From Hormiphora californensis (lineage: Eukaryota; Animalia; Ctenophora), in the NCBI GenBank assembly GCA_020137815.1, contig CM035356.1, forward strand, positions 1,984,001-2,048,000: a DNA stretch of 64,000 bases. The letters are read 5' to 3'. The first letter of the stretch is position 1. Every line of letters starts with the position of its first letter. Made by a program: the position numbers and the translations under genes. The notes under the pieces were generated by a model. The model ran no database searches, was not told the DNA's origin, and saw only the letters and a program-made list of their open reading frames with translations. Shown piece by piece: positions 10,859-23,900 of this stretch.

Positions 10859-11532
10859 ATACAATTCAGTTTAGTTTTACTGTTATTGAAAGCTGTAATT
10901 TATGGTAATATCCAATCAAAATATAATCGAGACTTATTAACGTCTGTTTCTACACACATCGAAATCACAACCCACAATCCTCTTACTATTATACACCCGA
11001 CCAAATTTCAAAAAACCCCTTTTTCATCTGTCTGGCGGAGCCAGACCCCGATTTGATTCTCAAGTGCGCTCAAATGGGTCCCCCCCCCCCCGGTACCGCG
11101 TGCTCAACCCCAACACCCCTTGTACTTACATTCCATATAACAAGGAACATGAGTATAACAGCGATAGGAAGGGAGAGGATGGAGAGTCCTATTTCCACTG
11201 ACATGATGTACCAGCCTTGCTATAGAGAGAGGTTATTGGGTTAGAGGATCTGTTACTGAAAATCAGATGGAATTGTAACTCTGGTAGGGATAGTTAAGGG
11301 GACCCGGGATAGGGGAATATGTTAAACAATAAGATAAGTGACAAGGCAGTATGAGTAAAACGGTATAAAAACAAATTAATAAATAGATGCACTCTGATAT
11401 TATAAGTTGCTGCGCTGGCTAACTCCACCCCAAAACATATCAGCGGTAACATAAAATAGTTACTATGGAAACCATCAACCGTCCCAACCACTTCTGAGCT
11501 GATTCAAGCTACAGTACCCAGCTGATCACTTT

Positions 11533-14500
11533 CTACAGTTCGTCAGATTGCGGCTGTAGTTCCAGGGCCTTGAACTTTTCCAGTTGGTAGAACATGCACT
11601 TGACAGTCCGGCCACCGAAGAACCGGTTATGAAGATCAACCACCGCTGTAAGGGAGTGAAATATGTGTGAGCTGCTTTATTTGGGTATTGGGCAAGTTGT
11701 AATTTGGGTACTTTACTACTAACTATCACTGGATACTAGCTTTAGGTGGGGGGGGGGGGTGAAATGTGTGTTAGCTGCTGTATTTGGGTTCCAGGGCATG
11801 CCTGGCAACCCGAGGAAGGGTCTGGTCCAATCAAGTGAAGGTGGTTGAAAGTGGTTGATTTATGGGATCTAAACCAAGTATAATTCAGTAGATACCACCC
11901 ACCTTTAATTGCACTCTCCACACGTTGGAAATGAACGAATATCCTCACGGCCTCTTCTACCGCTACCCCACTTGGTATCTCGTAAATAACAACCTAGTGA
12001 TAAATTGAAACTCAATTAGCTGCTTGCTTCAGATAATTCAAACCGAACCCGGATCATAAATTTAAACGCTTTTTACTCGTCTAAACCAAATAACCTGGAC
12101 CACCTCCCCATATTTGGTCATATTACTAACCTGGACGACCTCCCCATATTTGGTCATATTACTAACCTGGACGACCTCCCCATATTTGGTCATATTACTA
12201 ACCTGGACGACCTCCCCATATTTGGTCATTACTAACCTGCACGACCTCCCCATATTTGGAGCACTCTTCCCGGGTCTCCGCCTCCAGATCATCATCCACC
12301 TCCCCAGGTCCCACCATGTTCTTCAACAGGATCACCTTACTAGGCTGCTTCAGGGTCTTTTGGACCTGCTCTGCCTTAGCTTTCCGTTCTGAGTGAGGGG
12401 GGAGAAAGAGGTTCTGAGAGAGAGAAAGAAGTTCTGAGAGGGAAAGAGTGGGGTTCTGAGACCGGGGGGGGGGGGGGGGGCTGGGGTGAGACTTTGGCGA
12501 AGTACCAACATCACGAATTTCTTGCTAGACATAACTATCACAGACACAATTGAGTCCCCTATTTGGTTGCATGTAAGGGCGTTCTATAGACTGTGTCTGT
12601 TAGACACAGGAGAATTATATATCTCTTAGGCAGCTGCAGGTTGTTAATTGTTGTCTGACGTGTCATCCTGCATTTTCGGAACGTGTTCGTCTCAACATTG
12701 CGCGTCGCAGGCTGTACCAAACCCGGGTGAACAAGCTAACAATAGTGCAATTACATGCGCGCGATGCAGTATATCGCATGTAAGTTCACTATTGTTAGCT
12801 CGTTCACCCGGGTTAGCTCGTTCACCCGCGACGCGCAATGTGTAGACGAACACGCTCCGAAAAGAGAGCATCATCCCAAGCACACGTGTCGTCAGCTGGT
12901 TTAGTTGCCCAAGCAATATGATGTACACGTGGTGATAACCGTTAAAGTTGGATGAGGTCTATAACTGTGGATCTAAAACTGTTTAACTCTAACTTAAAAC
13001 TGTATAATGTTGTCTCTTTATAGTTCTTAGCCTGTCCTAATCTATTCGACCCTCTTTCACCACACCGTGTTTATCAGGGGCTACAGACTACTGACTAGTC
13101 TGGGTAGTAAAACAAAAGAAATATCAACCCCCATATCAACATAATATGTGCCTAAACGGGCTAAACAATATGCTTTGCATTATTCATACTGTCTGGCCTC
13201 TGGGCTCAGTGCCCGGATATTGCAAACCCCTGACAGTCTGGGACGCCACCCCGTCATTAGCTAAACAATTGTATTTAAACACGGCTGTTTTGTTCATTGA
13301 AAAGGTTATAACCCATTTTGTGTCGACCCTGCAGCCTAGATATATCGAGTTTTATTGCGAGTATTATTTGGTTAACAAGGTGGCATTTAATGTGGGAACA
13401 GCTCTGATACATGTTGTCGATACAACAACGTAAAACCGATATTGGTTTTCAAATTGAGCTAGTTATTACCTTCCTCCTGTCGTGCTAGTTCTATCCTTGC
13501 TTTAGTTTTCTCGGCACTCTCATTCACAATTACACCCCGTGCCCTTCCAGTCTTCTCAACCTGGAGGGCAGACGCCATACCTTGCTCAGCCTTACCAAGA
13601 CCTGTATAAGGGTGGGGGGGTAGTTGGATCTGTTGATGATGTAAAGAGGAGTAGGAGATAAATTAGTTGAGTCTCAACTAGCTTATAATAGTAGCTACTA
13701 ATTTACTAATTGGTTAACAACTAACAAAAAACAATTAGTACCTACCCTGTCCCTCCTTCCACCCGTATTTATTCATGATGTTACTGGCGACACTGCTGAT
13801 ATTCTTAATACTCATCACCCGGGTATGTTTGATGTCTGAATCTGTCTGTTGTAGGAGCTTCTTAGAGTCAACCTCCGGGTGTAGCACGTGTGCCCTGAAG
13901 GAGGGAGGTTGTTAGAAAGTATATCATGCGTAAATGATAAATTAATTAATGCTGGAAAGAGTGTTGGTTACGAAGTCACCCCTATTATTGCATATAGCGC
14001 AGAGGGGGAATTTCATTACCAAGAAAGAGTGACAGTTTGATTGTAAATCGATTATATTATAGTTATACATTCACCGTTCACTAGCCCTGATTTCAAAATA
14101 ATGGTAACTTGTAAAGGAGGTTTGAAGATTTGTGGAAAGAATGGCCCTAAGGTGATCAACAGGGGGTTTGAACCTACTTGTTTGATTTGTCCTTGGCGAC
14201 CAGGGAGGCTGGAGGGGCTATCATAGCGCCACCTTTAGCTGTTGTACTGGGTCCATCGTACTCATTGGTTTCTGTGTCTAGGGGGGGGGGGGTTTAGATA
14301 AAGAAAAGGCAACGTAAATCATAAAATTAAGGGCTAGAGTTTATCTTGACCTGGGCAATATCTTGGGCAATATCAAATGTGTACCTTTGGAAGATCCTTT
14401 TCCGTCCTTCTTCTTCTGTTTTGGATCCTCATAGAAATCCAGATCATCCTCAATACCCATCTTATCCCCATCATCCAGGTAGGCTGATACCAACGATTTA

Positions 14501-15301
14501 GCTGTCTTGTTCTGCAGAGGGGAGGTTGGGTGAAGAAAACGCTGAATAACGTGTACTAAGTGCTCACAACCAGTGCCAGCATCGATACTATCTAGTATCT
14601 AGTGTAGTACGAACTTTAAGAGTTAGAATACTCTTAGAATACTAACACTCTCAGAATACTGAACCACACTATATATTGCACTTACATCTTCTTCATACTT
14701 CTTTTCCCGTTTCCGTTTCTGTTGTAATGCCTGTACGATGCTGTAATCATTAGGTTTCAGGGGATCATACTCGTGCTTGATAGGCATCTTGGACGCCTCA
14801 GTTTCTACAAAGATTTCTGGAGGAGGAGAGCCTGTTGTTATTAAAGGGGGTTACATCTTTGTGCGGAGGTAGTGTAGTAACAGCTGGTATACAGAAGGTC
14901 TAAGGTTCAATCCCCGGTCCCGGGATTTTAGTCACCCTTTTCAAAGTGTAGTACCCTTTTCAAATTGTAGCACCCAGTACTAACCAGGCTGAGGAGGAGG
15001 GGAATCCTCTTTTGCCGCTGCCATTTGTTCCCTCATTGGGGCTGTAGTGTTAGTGGAGCTCTTGGTCAGCTTAGGAAGTGCTTTCCTCATTAGCTGGGCT
15101 GTCATCAGGTTGAACTTGGACTTGGATGCACCTAGACAGATTTGGACTTAATTAAAAACTTTACAAAGGGTCTATTATTAGTCATTTGTGAGAGTTGGAT
15201 CTTCATTGGGTTGAATTGCTAGCTATAGGGTACATTATGTACTTACTATGGCTGGCATCAGACTTGGCAATCTCCACATCTATACCACCGTATAGGGACA
15301 T
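11533..15301 (-). CDS. RBM17: Splicing factor 45 (multi-exon)
   Basis: MSLYGGIDVE start; EYDPLKPNDY SF45 motif; G-patch VASNIMNKYGWKEG/LGKAEQGM; UHM/RRM VILLKNMVGPGEVDDDLEAETREECSKYG...AVRIFVHF...DLHNRFFGGR. Confidence 0.93.
12674..12864. repeat. Palindromic MITE-like element in an RBM17 intron
   Basis: Inverted arms such as CATTGCGCGTCGC/GCGACGCGCAATG and AACCCGGGTGAACAAGCTAACAATAGTG/CACTATTGTTAGCTCGTTCACCCGGGTT. Confidence 0.65.
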
Positions 15302-15571
15302 GGTTCAACTGGCTTCTTATCTGCTTCTAGTTTATCAGTTCACATACCAAATAGCTACAGAGTGGAATTGAGAAGTTATTATCTAATGTAGAAAGATATA
15401 TTTTCTTGCAAAATTGGATACATTTTCTAGCAAAATTGGAATATTAAAAAGTAATAAATAATTAAAAAGTTAGAGTCCATTCTCGACGAAACCATGTATG
15501 TACACACGCTTAAAAACATCTCATGACACTTATTCCTATCCATTATCCAAGCTGAGGGGCTCTATAATGTG

Positions 15572-18500
15572 CTACCCACACCGCAGTGTAGCGAGTATCC
15601 CCCAGTGATCACTGGGAAACATGTCACAACTAATCAGCTTCTCCTGTCCGATCAGCTCGAATGAACGGGGCGAAAGGGAGTTAGATCCACCTCCGTTTCT
15701 GAAGTTGAACAAAATATGTCAAGGAAATATTTAATGCTGGACTACAAAACTGAGAACCTGATACCTAGGTGTACCATGAATAAGAGCATAACATCTGATA
15801 AGCATAGATTATAAGCCGTACAATGAGCCACACATTACAGTGACTTATAGAGCACAGTTCACACCGTACCTGATAAGCATCCTATCAAATCGGAGTCGGG
15901 CCTTATTACCCGGGGCACTCTCCCGTAGGTTCGTGTTCTGGGCCATGTCCCAGGTATAACGAGTCTTGCTGTCACTACCACACGCCTCCCAGATATCCTG
16001 CAGGGGGAGGGGGTGAGGGGAGGGGACTATATACATGTTGGGGGGCTGAAATTTTTGAAGCGATTTTCAAAAACTTCAATAGGTAACTAAAATGGGTAGG
16101 AAACTTCAACTTGTTTTCCATTCTCCAGCCTCCGTGTCCCAGGTGAACAATGGTGACCATGAGAAAAATAATACCACATGTGAAGAGAAATGGTATTTCT
16201 TTCTCAATGTAGTGTGAACTATGAAACAAAGCCCTGGACTATAACAGAATGGTATGTTGTAATAGGGACGAGCTGGGTATACAACATGAAACGGGAAACC
16301 CAGCTTCACTTCTTATTTCTTCTCCGTATCGTTATAACAGTCCATCACCAACACGTACGTACCTCTGGTTACGAAATAACCCCTCTCCCTAGCGCGAAGT
16401 TGGTTACGAAGTCACCCCTTTTATTGCATACAATGAGCAATATTTGTTTGTTGGGATGATATCTCCTTCCGGCTTCAATCAATCAGGGACAAAATGAAAA
16501 GCGGTGTTTTTATTAACGAACAGTTTCGATGTTACAACATCTTCCTCAGCCTCAAATTAATTTGTTTAAAGTAGTGTTGAAAAGTTTGACTTTGTTACCA
16601 CAACTACCTTGACTGAGCTGCCTGCATGATGCTTGTTGATGACTGCTTGGTATTCCTTATCTCGTAGATTGGTATCCCCTCCAAACACCACACAGCACCC
16701 ATCAGTAGCACCCATCTTATTTAGCACCTAGTGGGTGATATAATGATGTTCCTTGAGTATACTTTTATTTATCTTAGTTGTTTTAGTCATTTGGTCTAAC
16801 CCCCTCCCTCGTACAAACTGAACAGTCCTGATTGGTCAGTAATGTGATGACAAACAAATTATTTTTTATTTTTGGGCAAAAGGAAGAAATAAAGGGCTAT
16901 CCGGCAAGTCTTCTGTCTGTGTTTTCTTCTCCCTGAGTACACAATCAACTACTATAATTACCTGTTCTAACTGCTTCTCTCGTTCCTGTCTGTTGGGTCC
17001 GAGACTCTCCAGGTGTGACGTCATGAACTGAATAGTGACGTCATTGTGCATTGTACAGGGCACACTGATGAGGTGCCGGTACATGGTACTGCTGGGAAAT
17101 GGGTGGATAGACTCCCCTCCTATCTTAGTTATTGGACTATCATCGCCACTGAAAGGGGTCGGAGGAGGGTAGAGAGGGGTGGGTGGTTTATGGTTAGGGG
17201 TTGGAGGAGGAGGGTAGGGACTAGGGAGACGTGGGTGGTTAGGGGTTGGAGTAGGGGAGAGGGGGTAGGTGGTTAGGGGTTGGATGAGGGGAGAGAGGTA
17301 GGTGGTTAGGGGTTGAAGGAGGGTAGAGAGAGGTGGGTGGTTAGGGGTTGGAGGAGGGTAGAGAGAGGTGGGTGTTTAGGGGTTGGAGGAGGAGGAGGGT
17401 AGAGAGGGATGGGTGGTTAGGGGTTGAAAGAGGGTGGAGATGGATGTGGTATATAAACAAATACTGAATATTAGATCTCTAACTAGCGATTAAAACCATT
17501 CTTGGGAAATTTCACTGTTTTGAATTTTGAGCTAGTACCTGTAAACCAGTAGGACGTTGAAATAAGGCACTTGGGTGTCTCCTAGGAAGAATCTGTAGGA
17601 TCCTCCCAGACAGTCAATAATGGGTGACACATGTGCCTCCACTACCTCTTGTAGCATCACCTAGAGAAAGATATGTAGTCAGAGATAATTAACTGATTAT
17701 TTTAATTGTCGAGTTTTAGTGGGTGTAGATAATCATATAACTAGCCAGTAACCAGTATCATACTGTAATTGCCATATGAAGCCTGCGTAGATAATATCTC
17801 GACAGTAGTAGCCAATTAAACTTGACGTCACAAGGCAAGTGATTATGTTTAGTTGTGCAATTGTCTACTGCAGCCGTGATGTCACTAGTAGACTGTATGG
17901 ATCAATTCTACTCCTGGCACGTCTGTCAATCTAGTCGTTACTATATCAATCTAGTCGCTACTATATCAATCTAGTCGCTACTATATCAATCTAGTCGCTA
18001 CTATATATCTTTCACGCTGCTATACTACTGAGCTGTTTAACTTCACCTTTCTACACCTTTCTTCAGCTGTTTCGCATCGAGAGCTCTAGACAGCAAACAT
18101 ACACCCGGGAAAGAATACAAGCTGTTATGCTACCCCCGTCACAGTGTAGTATTTAGGACCGCCAGACATGGCTGATATATTAGTTTACAAGATAGGATAT
18201 AAGTGCACTTACAACAGTGCACTTACAACAGTAGGTTTCCGTTGTTTTATCTCCCTTATCACTGCTCTAAACCGATCTCCAATGAACTTGCTACAGAGCC
18301 CATCGACATTCCAGGATAACACAGTCAACTCTGTGGGCCGTTCCAGTTTCGCCTGATGAGAAGAGTTCGTTATTATTATGAGGTTATTAACCTAATTTCA
18401 TCATCATGGAACAGTAGGATTGATCTTCTGGTATTCTCTTTCTTTCTTTCACAGCTCACATGTCTATCAAAATTCCTCCATATGTAAAATGAGCCTAGGC

Positions 18501-19126
18501 CACACTCACATCACAACCAGGAGTTGTTGAGTAAGGCCGGGGGAGGAGGAGACTTAATTACCAGTACATAATATGGCATAGCGTTACGCCAAATTTTAAA
18601 AGAAACTCGCATTTTATCTTGGTAACGAAATTATCCCTAAGGCATCGCGATAGTAAGGCAGGGTTTCTCCTGTTTCTACCATTTTCATATATTTTGGCAG
18701 CCTATGTGTTTGTACCTTTTTAGATGGGCTTTGTGTGGATTCATCTGGAACCACTGTAATGACTTCTTCACCATCTGTCTCGCCATCCTAGACAATTATA
18801 ACATCGATGATTTTATTTTATCGATACCTGCCCGTCGAGTTATCTATCGGACCTATTTCTCAACACGCCTATTTGTCCGAGTTTTTAGAAATAATCTAGG
18901 GGCTGAAACAGTAGTACCTAAAACAGTTATATCTGATAACTTAACTATACCTTTATTTGTCGATATGATCTATAGCCTCACTGATATCACCTCCCCCAAG
19001 GTGTAGAGCCCTCCTGGCAACCCCCTCACTACACCCCACTATTGTTACCAGCCACTGAATCTTATCGGCATCCGTCTGCACCAGATTCACCTCCTCTATC
19101 TCAAAATCATCCTCGTCAGTCATCAT
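15572..19126 (-). CDS. TDP2: Tyrosyl-DNA phosphodiesterase 2 (UBA-like + EEP domain), multi-exon
   Basis: LSWNVDGL, MTSHLES, FGGDTNLRD, YTWD...N.NL, RFDRML, FPSDHWG motifs. Exon 1 has an apparent 1-nt frameshift near 18955. Confidence 0.9.
16551..16589 (-). other. Spliced-leader-like sequence inside a TDP2 intron
   Basis: TCAAACTTTTCAACACTACTTTAAACAAATTAATTTGAG on the minus strand, followed by GC rather than GT. Confidence 0.8.
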
Positions 19127-19453
19127 TGACTAGAATATATCACCCAAGATGCCATCTAATAACTGAACATCAGAGACAGGGTTAAGGGAGAGGGGGGTCA
19201 ATGTGGTGGTTCTGGGGCGAGATAAAAAACGGCATGAAATATGCAAATGTGTTTAAATTAAAAATTCAGTTGTGTTCAACACACAAAATCAGGCTACAAA
19301 ACTGATCACACACAGATTTTTAAAAAAAGGTGGGCATCCAAAAACATGTCATCAGCTATCTCTTTCTCTCACTCACACACACTCTCTCTCTCTCACTCTC
19401 ACTCTCTTTCTTTCTCTCTCTCTCTCTCCCATCTCTCTCTCTCTCTCTCTCTC

Positions 19454-20696
19454 TTATCGCTTACCTCGTTTCCCCGCACCTTGTTGTTGCTTTGGGGCAG
19501 GCTGAATCATCGGCATCATAACCAACATGGAAAACTTTATTTTCTGGGCTTCAGACTGAGCGATCCTTCTCCTGCGAATCCCTTCAAAAACCTTACTCTT
19601 CCCATTGATAACTCGACTCCAAAGTCCCGCTAACGACCCACTCTCCCTGCACCAGATAAACTGACACGCATTGCCCACCTCCAACCTAAACCCACCATCC
19701 GCCTCCCAGAGAAAGTGCTTGTACTGTGTCCCTGGGTTAGCCTAGTATCTCCCGCGGGTACTTCCAGAGTCTTCACTTTACACGGCTGGTAACTCTTTCT
19801 CTGCACCACAAACTGTGGATATTTGAAGTCCCGGGTACAGCCCTGCCTGTAGGTGAGGACTGAGAGGAGATAACAGTAGAGATCTCGTTCCGCAATACCC
19901 CGGGACTCAGCATACTCCTTCAGAAAATCAGTCGCCTCCTCCCCGATATAAACCAGCCGTAACAGGCCCATGAGGGCGGTTAGCTTGTGTTTCCTGCTCC
20001 CTTCTTCCTGCTGAGATCCAATGGAACACAAGGAACAGAGCAGTGTTGCTCAGAGGGGAAGGAGAGGTGCTCGGAGGAATGGGGTGAAGAGATCATAGGG
20101 TAGATGGTGAACTGTTGAAGCTAATCTTATCTAGACACTTTGTATAGTTGATCCCTGCTACGGTGATGTGAACCAAGGTGGTGATTGCAGGCTGGTTGAG
20201 GCCCACCAAGAACCGGTAATGATCCAGGACGTTATCCGAGCAGAGGTGGGCTTTCAGGAACTTCAGGACACTTCTCTTACCATCCACTTTCACCTCGTAC
20301 TGGCATGACAGTTTGAGGAAAAACCGGAAATTATCGTCTGTTACTGTTATTTGGCCGGTGTAAAAAGAATTGAAAAACTTTCCTCAGATCATCTTCCTGC
20401 TCTGGTCCGTACTCGGAGAAGGTCAGAACAGAACTACCATCATCATCATCACCATCACTCCCATCTTCATCTACATCACCTGACAGGAACTTCTGGCGTC
20501 GTCGCTCGATAATCTCATTTGCATCCCGCTGCTCCTTCATAAAATATTCTTCTAACACATTGCTCTGGGCACTTAGTACTGCCTTACTACACTCGATCAC
20601 GCTGGTGGATAGGACGATATTACAGGTACCGGATAGTGTGTTGAAGTACCGTGGTATCGATGATATCAACTTCTCTCTCCAAGCATCACTTGACAT
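19454..20696 (-). pseudogene. BTB/POZ(-BACK)-like gene broken by several frameshifts (pseudogene or assembly error)
   Basis: CNIVL...CSKAVLSAQSNVLEEYF...LRKVFQFF/YTGQITVTDDN continues after an extra T at ~20365. More shifts near 20100-20030; no intron signals at the breaks. Confidence 0.65.
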
Positions 20697-20970
20697 GGTG
20701 TAGCTTACTGAACGCTGTATAGACAGTGGAGGGTTAGGAATATATGAGAAGGGGGTGTGAGTTATAATCTGAGATCTGTACTTGTTTCTAAACTTTACAC
20801 TTTACTTAGATACAATTATATACCAGACCCGCTGGTCAGATAATAATGATCACTCGTGGCTATACTACTCAAAACAAGAGAGAGAGAATAATAAGTCTCA
20901 CTGAGAGAGATAGAGAGACACAAACACATTATCACACAGATATATACGACATATATATAACACTCATCTC

Positions 20971-23900
20971 TTAGTACTGGCCCGTTCCAAGGATAAAAAA
21001 TCGACTTTCCTCCTTCCTGATCCATTTGATCAACTTATCAATGTTATTGAAAACTACCGGCCGACTGACAAGGGGTGAAAATGTACAATAAATCTCAGCG
21101 TTCCCCATTACCCACCCTACCACTGAATCCGCTCCATCAATCTCATAGTAATGGCTGAGTTTATGTGCACTGTGATGGAGTTTATCATAGGCATGACAAT
21201 ACTTGGCATAGAGACCCCTCCTATCTTCATCGCTGAGATAAGGTGCACGGAGAGCGGGTGCTACCATCTGCTGGGAACTAGAACTCTTATATACGAAATG
21301 TCGCAGGTGAGGTATCTTTACCTCCTCCACCAAGAACTCTGGTATCGCCTCGATCTTATCAAATATCCCCTGATCCTGCATCTGGGTTACAATTCTCTCC
21401 TTACACCCGATAATAGTCGTGTGCTCCTCTCGCTCGTTAGTAATTAGCAACAACGACAAATCCATCGTTTCACTGATGTAAGAGTCGTGTACATAAAGGA
21501 ATCCTGTGTCATTAAAATCAGGTAGACAGCACGGGGCCCACTTCTCACCGTGACCCCGGGAACTGCCCGTCTGAACGTAGTTAGCCAGGAGATGAATATC
21601 GCCCGGGGAGATTGTGTACTGTTTCGGTCGCACCACTGAGATGATCTTGTCTCCGTAAAGGAGGATTGCAAATACAAGCTCAGGACACCGGTTGGAGAGG
21701 AGGATTGTGGTGATTTCAGATCGGAGGGAGGAGGGCATTGGGAGGCACTGGGTAGAGGAGAGGAGGAACGCTGGCTCTTCCTCTACAAACCTTATGATCG
21801 AGTTGAAGAACTTGGGAAGACCCGTTAGCAACCTCTTCAGATCAAACCCGTGTCGGTTCCTGAACAGCCGCTCCATGTGGGATTGAGTGAAGAAGAAGAC
21901 AGCGACATTGCTGACATACTTCAGTTGCCTAGCAACCAGCTCCTCCTGCTCCACCTCGCTATCACACACCGCTACAAAGATGAGGGGAGGATAGGATCGA
22001 AACACAAACAACCTGTCTCCCGTTCTGATGCAGTTTAGTTGGTCTCCCTCCATATCTAGAACACAGGAGACAAGGGCCTGCATGACTCCGAAGAGTCCCA
22101 CAATGTTGTCGTCACCATGGCGACTGTATACAGGTTTACCAGCCTCACTCAGCACAAAGAAATGCTTCCGACGGGTATACCAGTCATCCGGGTAGTCCTG
22201 GGAGATAGGGGGGTTAGGAGCCGGGTATACCAGTCATTCGGGTAGTCCTGGGAGATAGGGGGGGGGGGGTTAGGAATCGGCAATATTATCGGAGCGAATC
22301 GGAGCGAATCGAATCGAATCTAGAGGGGAATATGTGATGTGGTCGCATGGGGGAAATCAGAAACAAAGGGGTTGGAAATGAGTAGATTTGTAGTTCCCAA
22401 CTGAGATTTTTGGGAGAATTAGTTCGATTTGATTATGACAGCTTGTTTCTTTGTTGAAAAGCTAGAGAAATCAATTGATCTGGGGATAATCTCGCCTTGG
22501 AACTAGGGAGCCATGATGGCATCAATACACATGAGGAAAGTGTAGAGTGGTTTTCCTAATTGAAAGTTAAATACTATGCACACTCATGGGGGTGGCTTTT
22601 TATTAGATCGGATATCATATTAAAGAGAGATGTAACATATAGGTAGTACCGGGGGGGGGGGGGTAGTATCAGGAGAAACATAATACAACTGTAAGAGTCT
22701 TACAAACATATAATACTCCCATGTGTACTGTAAGAGCTTCTTACAAACATATAATACCCCCCGCCCCCCATGTGTACCTCATCAGCTAGCTCTGTGACGT
22801 CATCAATGCCAGCCACCTCTCCTGTTGTACCATCAACCTCGTCCTCGTCACCCAGACCCTCGTCCTCTGTAGGATGTAGTTGGTTTAGTAACTTGTTTAG
22901 AATAGAAATATACGGTGGTAGTTTAGACCAATATATTGGGAAAGAGATTGATTGAGATCAAAGTGTTGAGAGTGAAGCTAGACAAGAATTAGAAGAGAAG
23001 CTATAAGAGAATTAGAACAGTGATCTCGCCATGTGAAACCTATATGATTGCGTTATCTGATATATGTGAAATAGTACACGTGATATGATCACTAAGGCCC
23101 ACTATTACACACACACCACGTGCTGGCGCTGGTAATTCCGAGAAATGCACTTTTATTACCCCCGCCCCGCAGCCGAGTAATTATGCAGGTTTCATGAGGC
23201 TCGCTCAGATCTGCTCGCTAGTTGACTTACTACTACTGCACCTGCAAGGTATGTAACACGTGCTGAGGGTACCCTAATTCTAATCGTAGCTCTTATCCTA
23301 ACTCTTCGACGATGAAATAACATTATATTGCCTGGAGTTTTCTTACTCTCCGGCGGCCGGTGTCATGCAGATCACGAGTTAGTGCGGAGAATTATCGAAC
23401 ATGAGACGCATGAGATGACGAGTTTTTCTTGCCATTATTTTGTGATGATCGATTTGCCATTTTGTTTTGCTGAATCTTGTTAACTGTACTGTGAGAATTG
23501 AATCGCTCAACAAAGCTGGGAGACCGCGGTATATAGACACTGTATTCATGAAAATAAATATATTGCACCTGCCCCCACACCAATCATATTGGTGGTGTTG
23601 TGGGGACTAGATCAGGGGTAATAATTACTATATATTATCCCAGTCTGACCTCACTAGAGCATGAATTATTGAGAGGAGTAATGACCAATCAAGGAGCAGA
23701 TCTGAGCAGTATATAATAGCTTCTTCATTACATCACATACAGGCCTGATGCAGCTGCCCCTTATTAGTTTGGGAATCAGTGTTGAGTGATCCATGCATTA
23801 GTCTCGTGCTGAAGTTGTGAATAACACCCCCTCTCTCTCTGGTAGTAAACTGGTTGCTGTTGTTTACTGAGTTAATAGGTAGATTTGTAAAGTCTGTTTT

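Noticed and set aside
12090-12240. CRISPR-like 36-nt repeats
   Set aside because: No unique spacers; the unit is a copy of the exon end and donor in a eukaryotic gene.
14860-14930. tRNA gene (GGTTCAATCCC B-box)
   Set aside because: I could not build a cloverleaf; at most a SINE remnant.
17150-17440. Interstitial telomere
   Set aside because: TTAGGG occurs once per ~30-nt unit, not as a tandem hexamer array.
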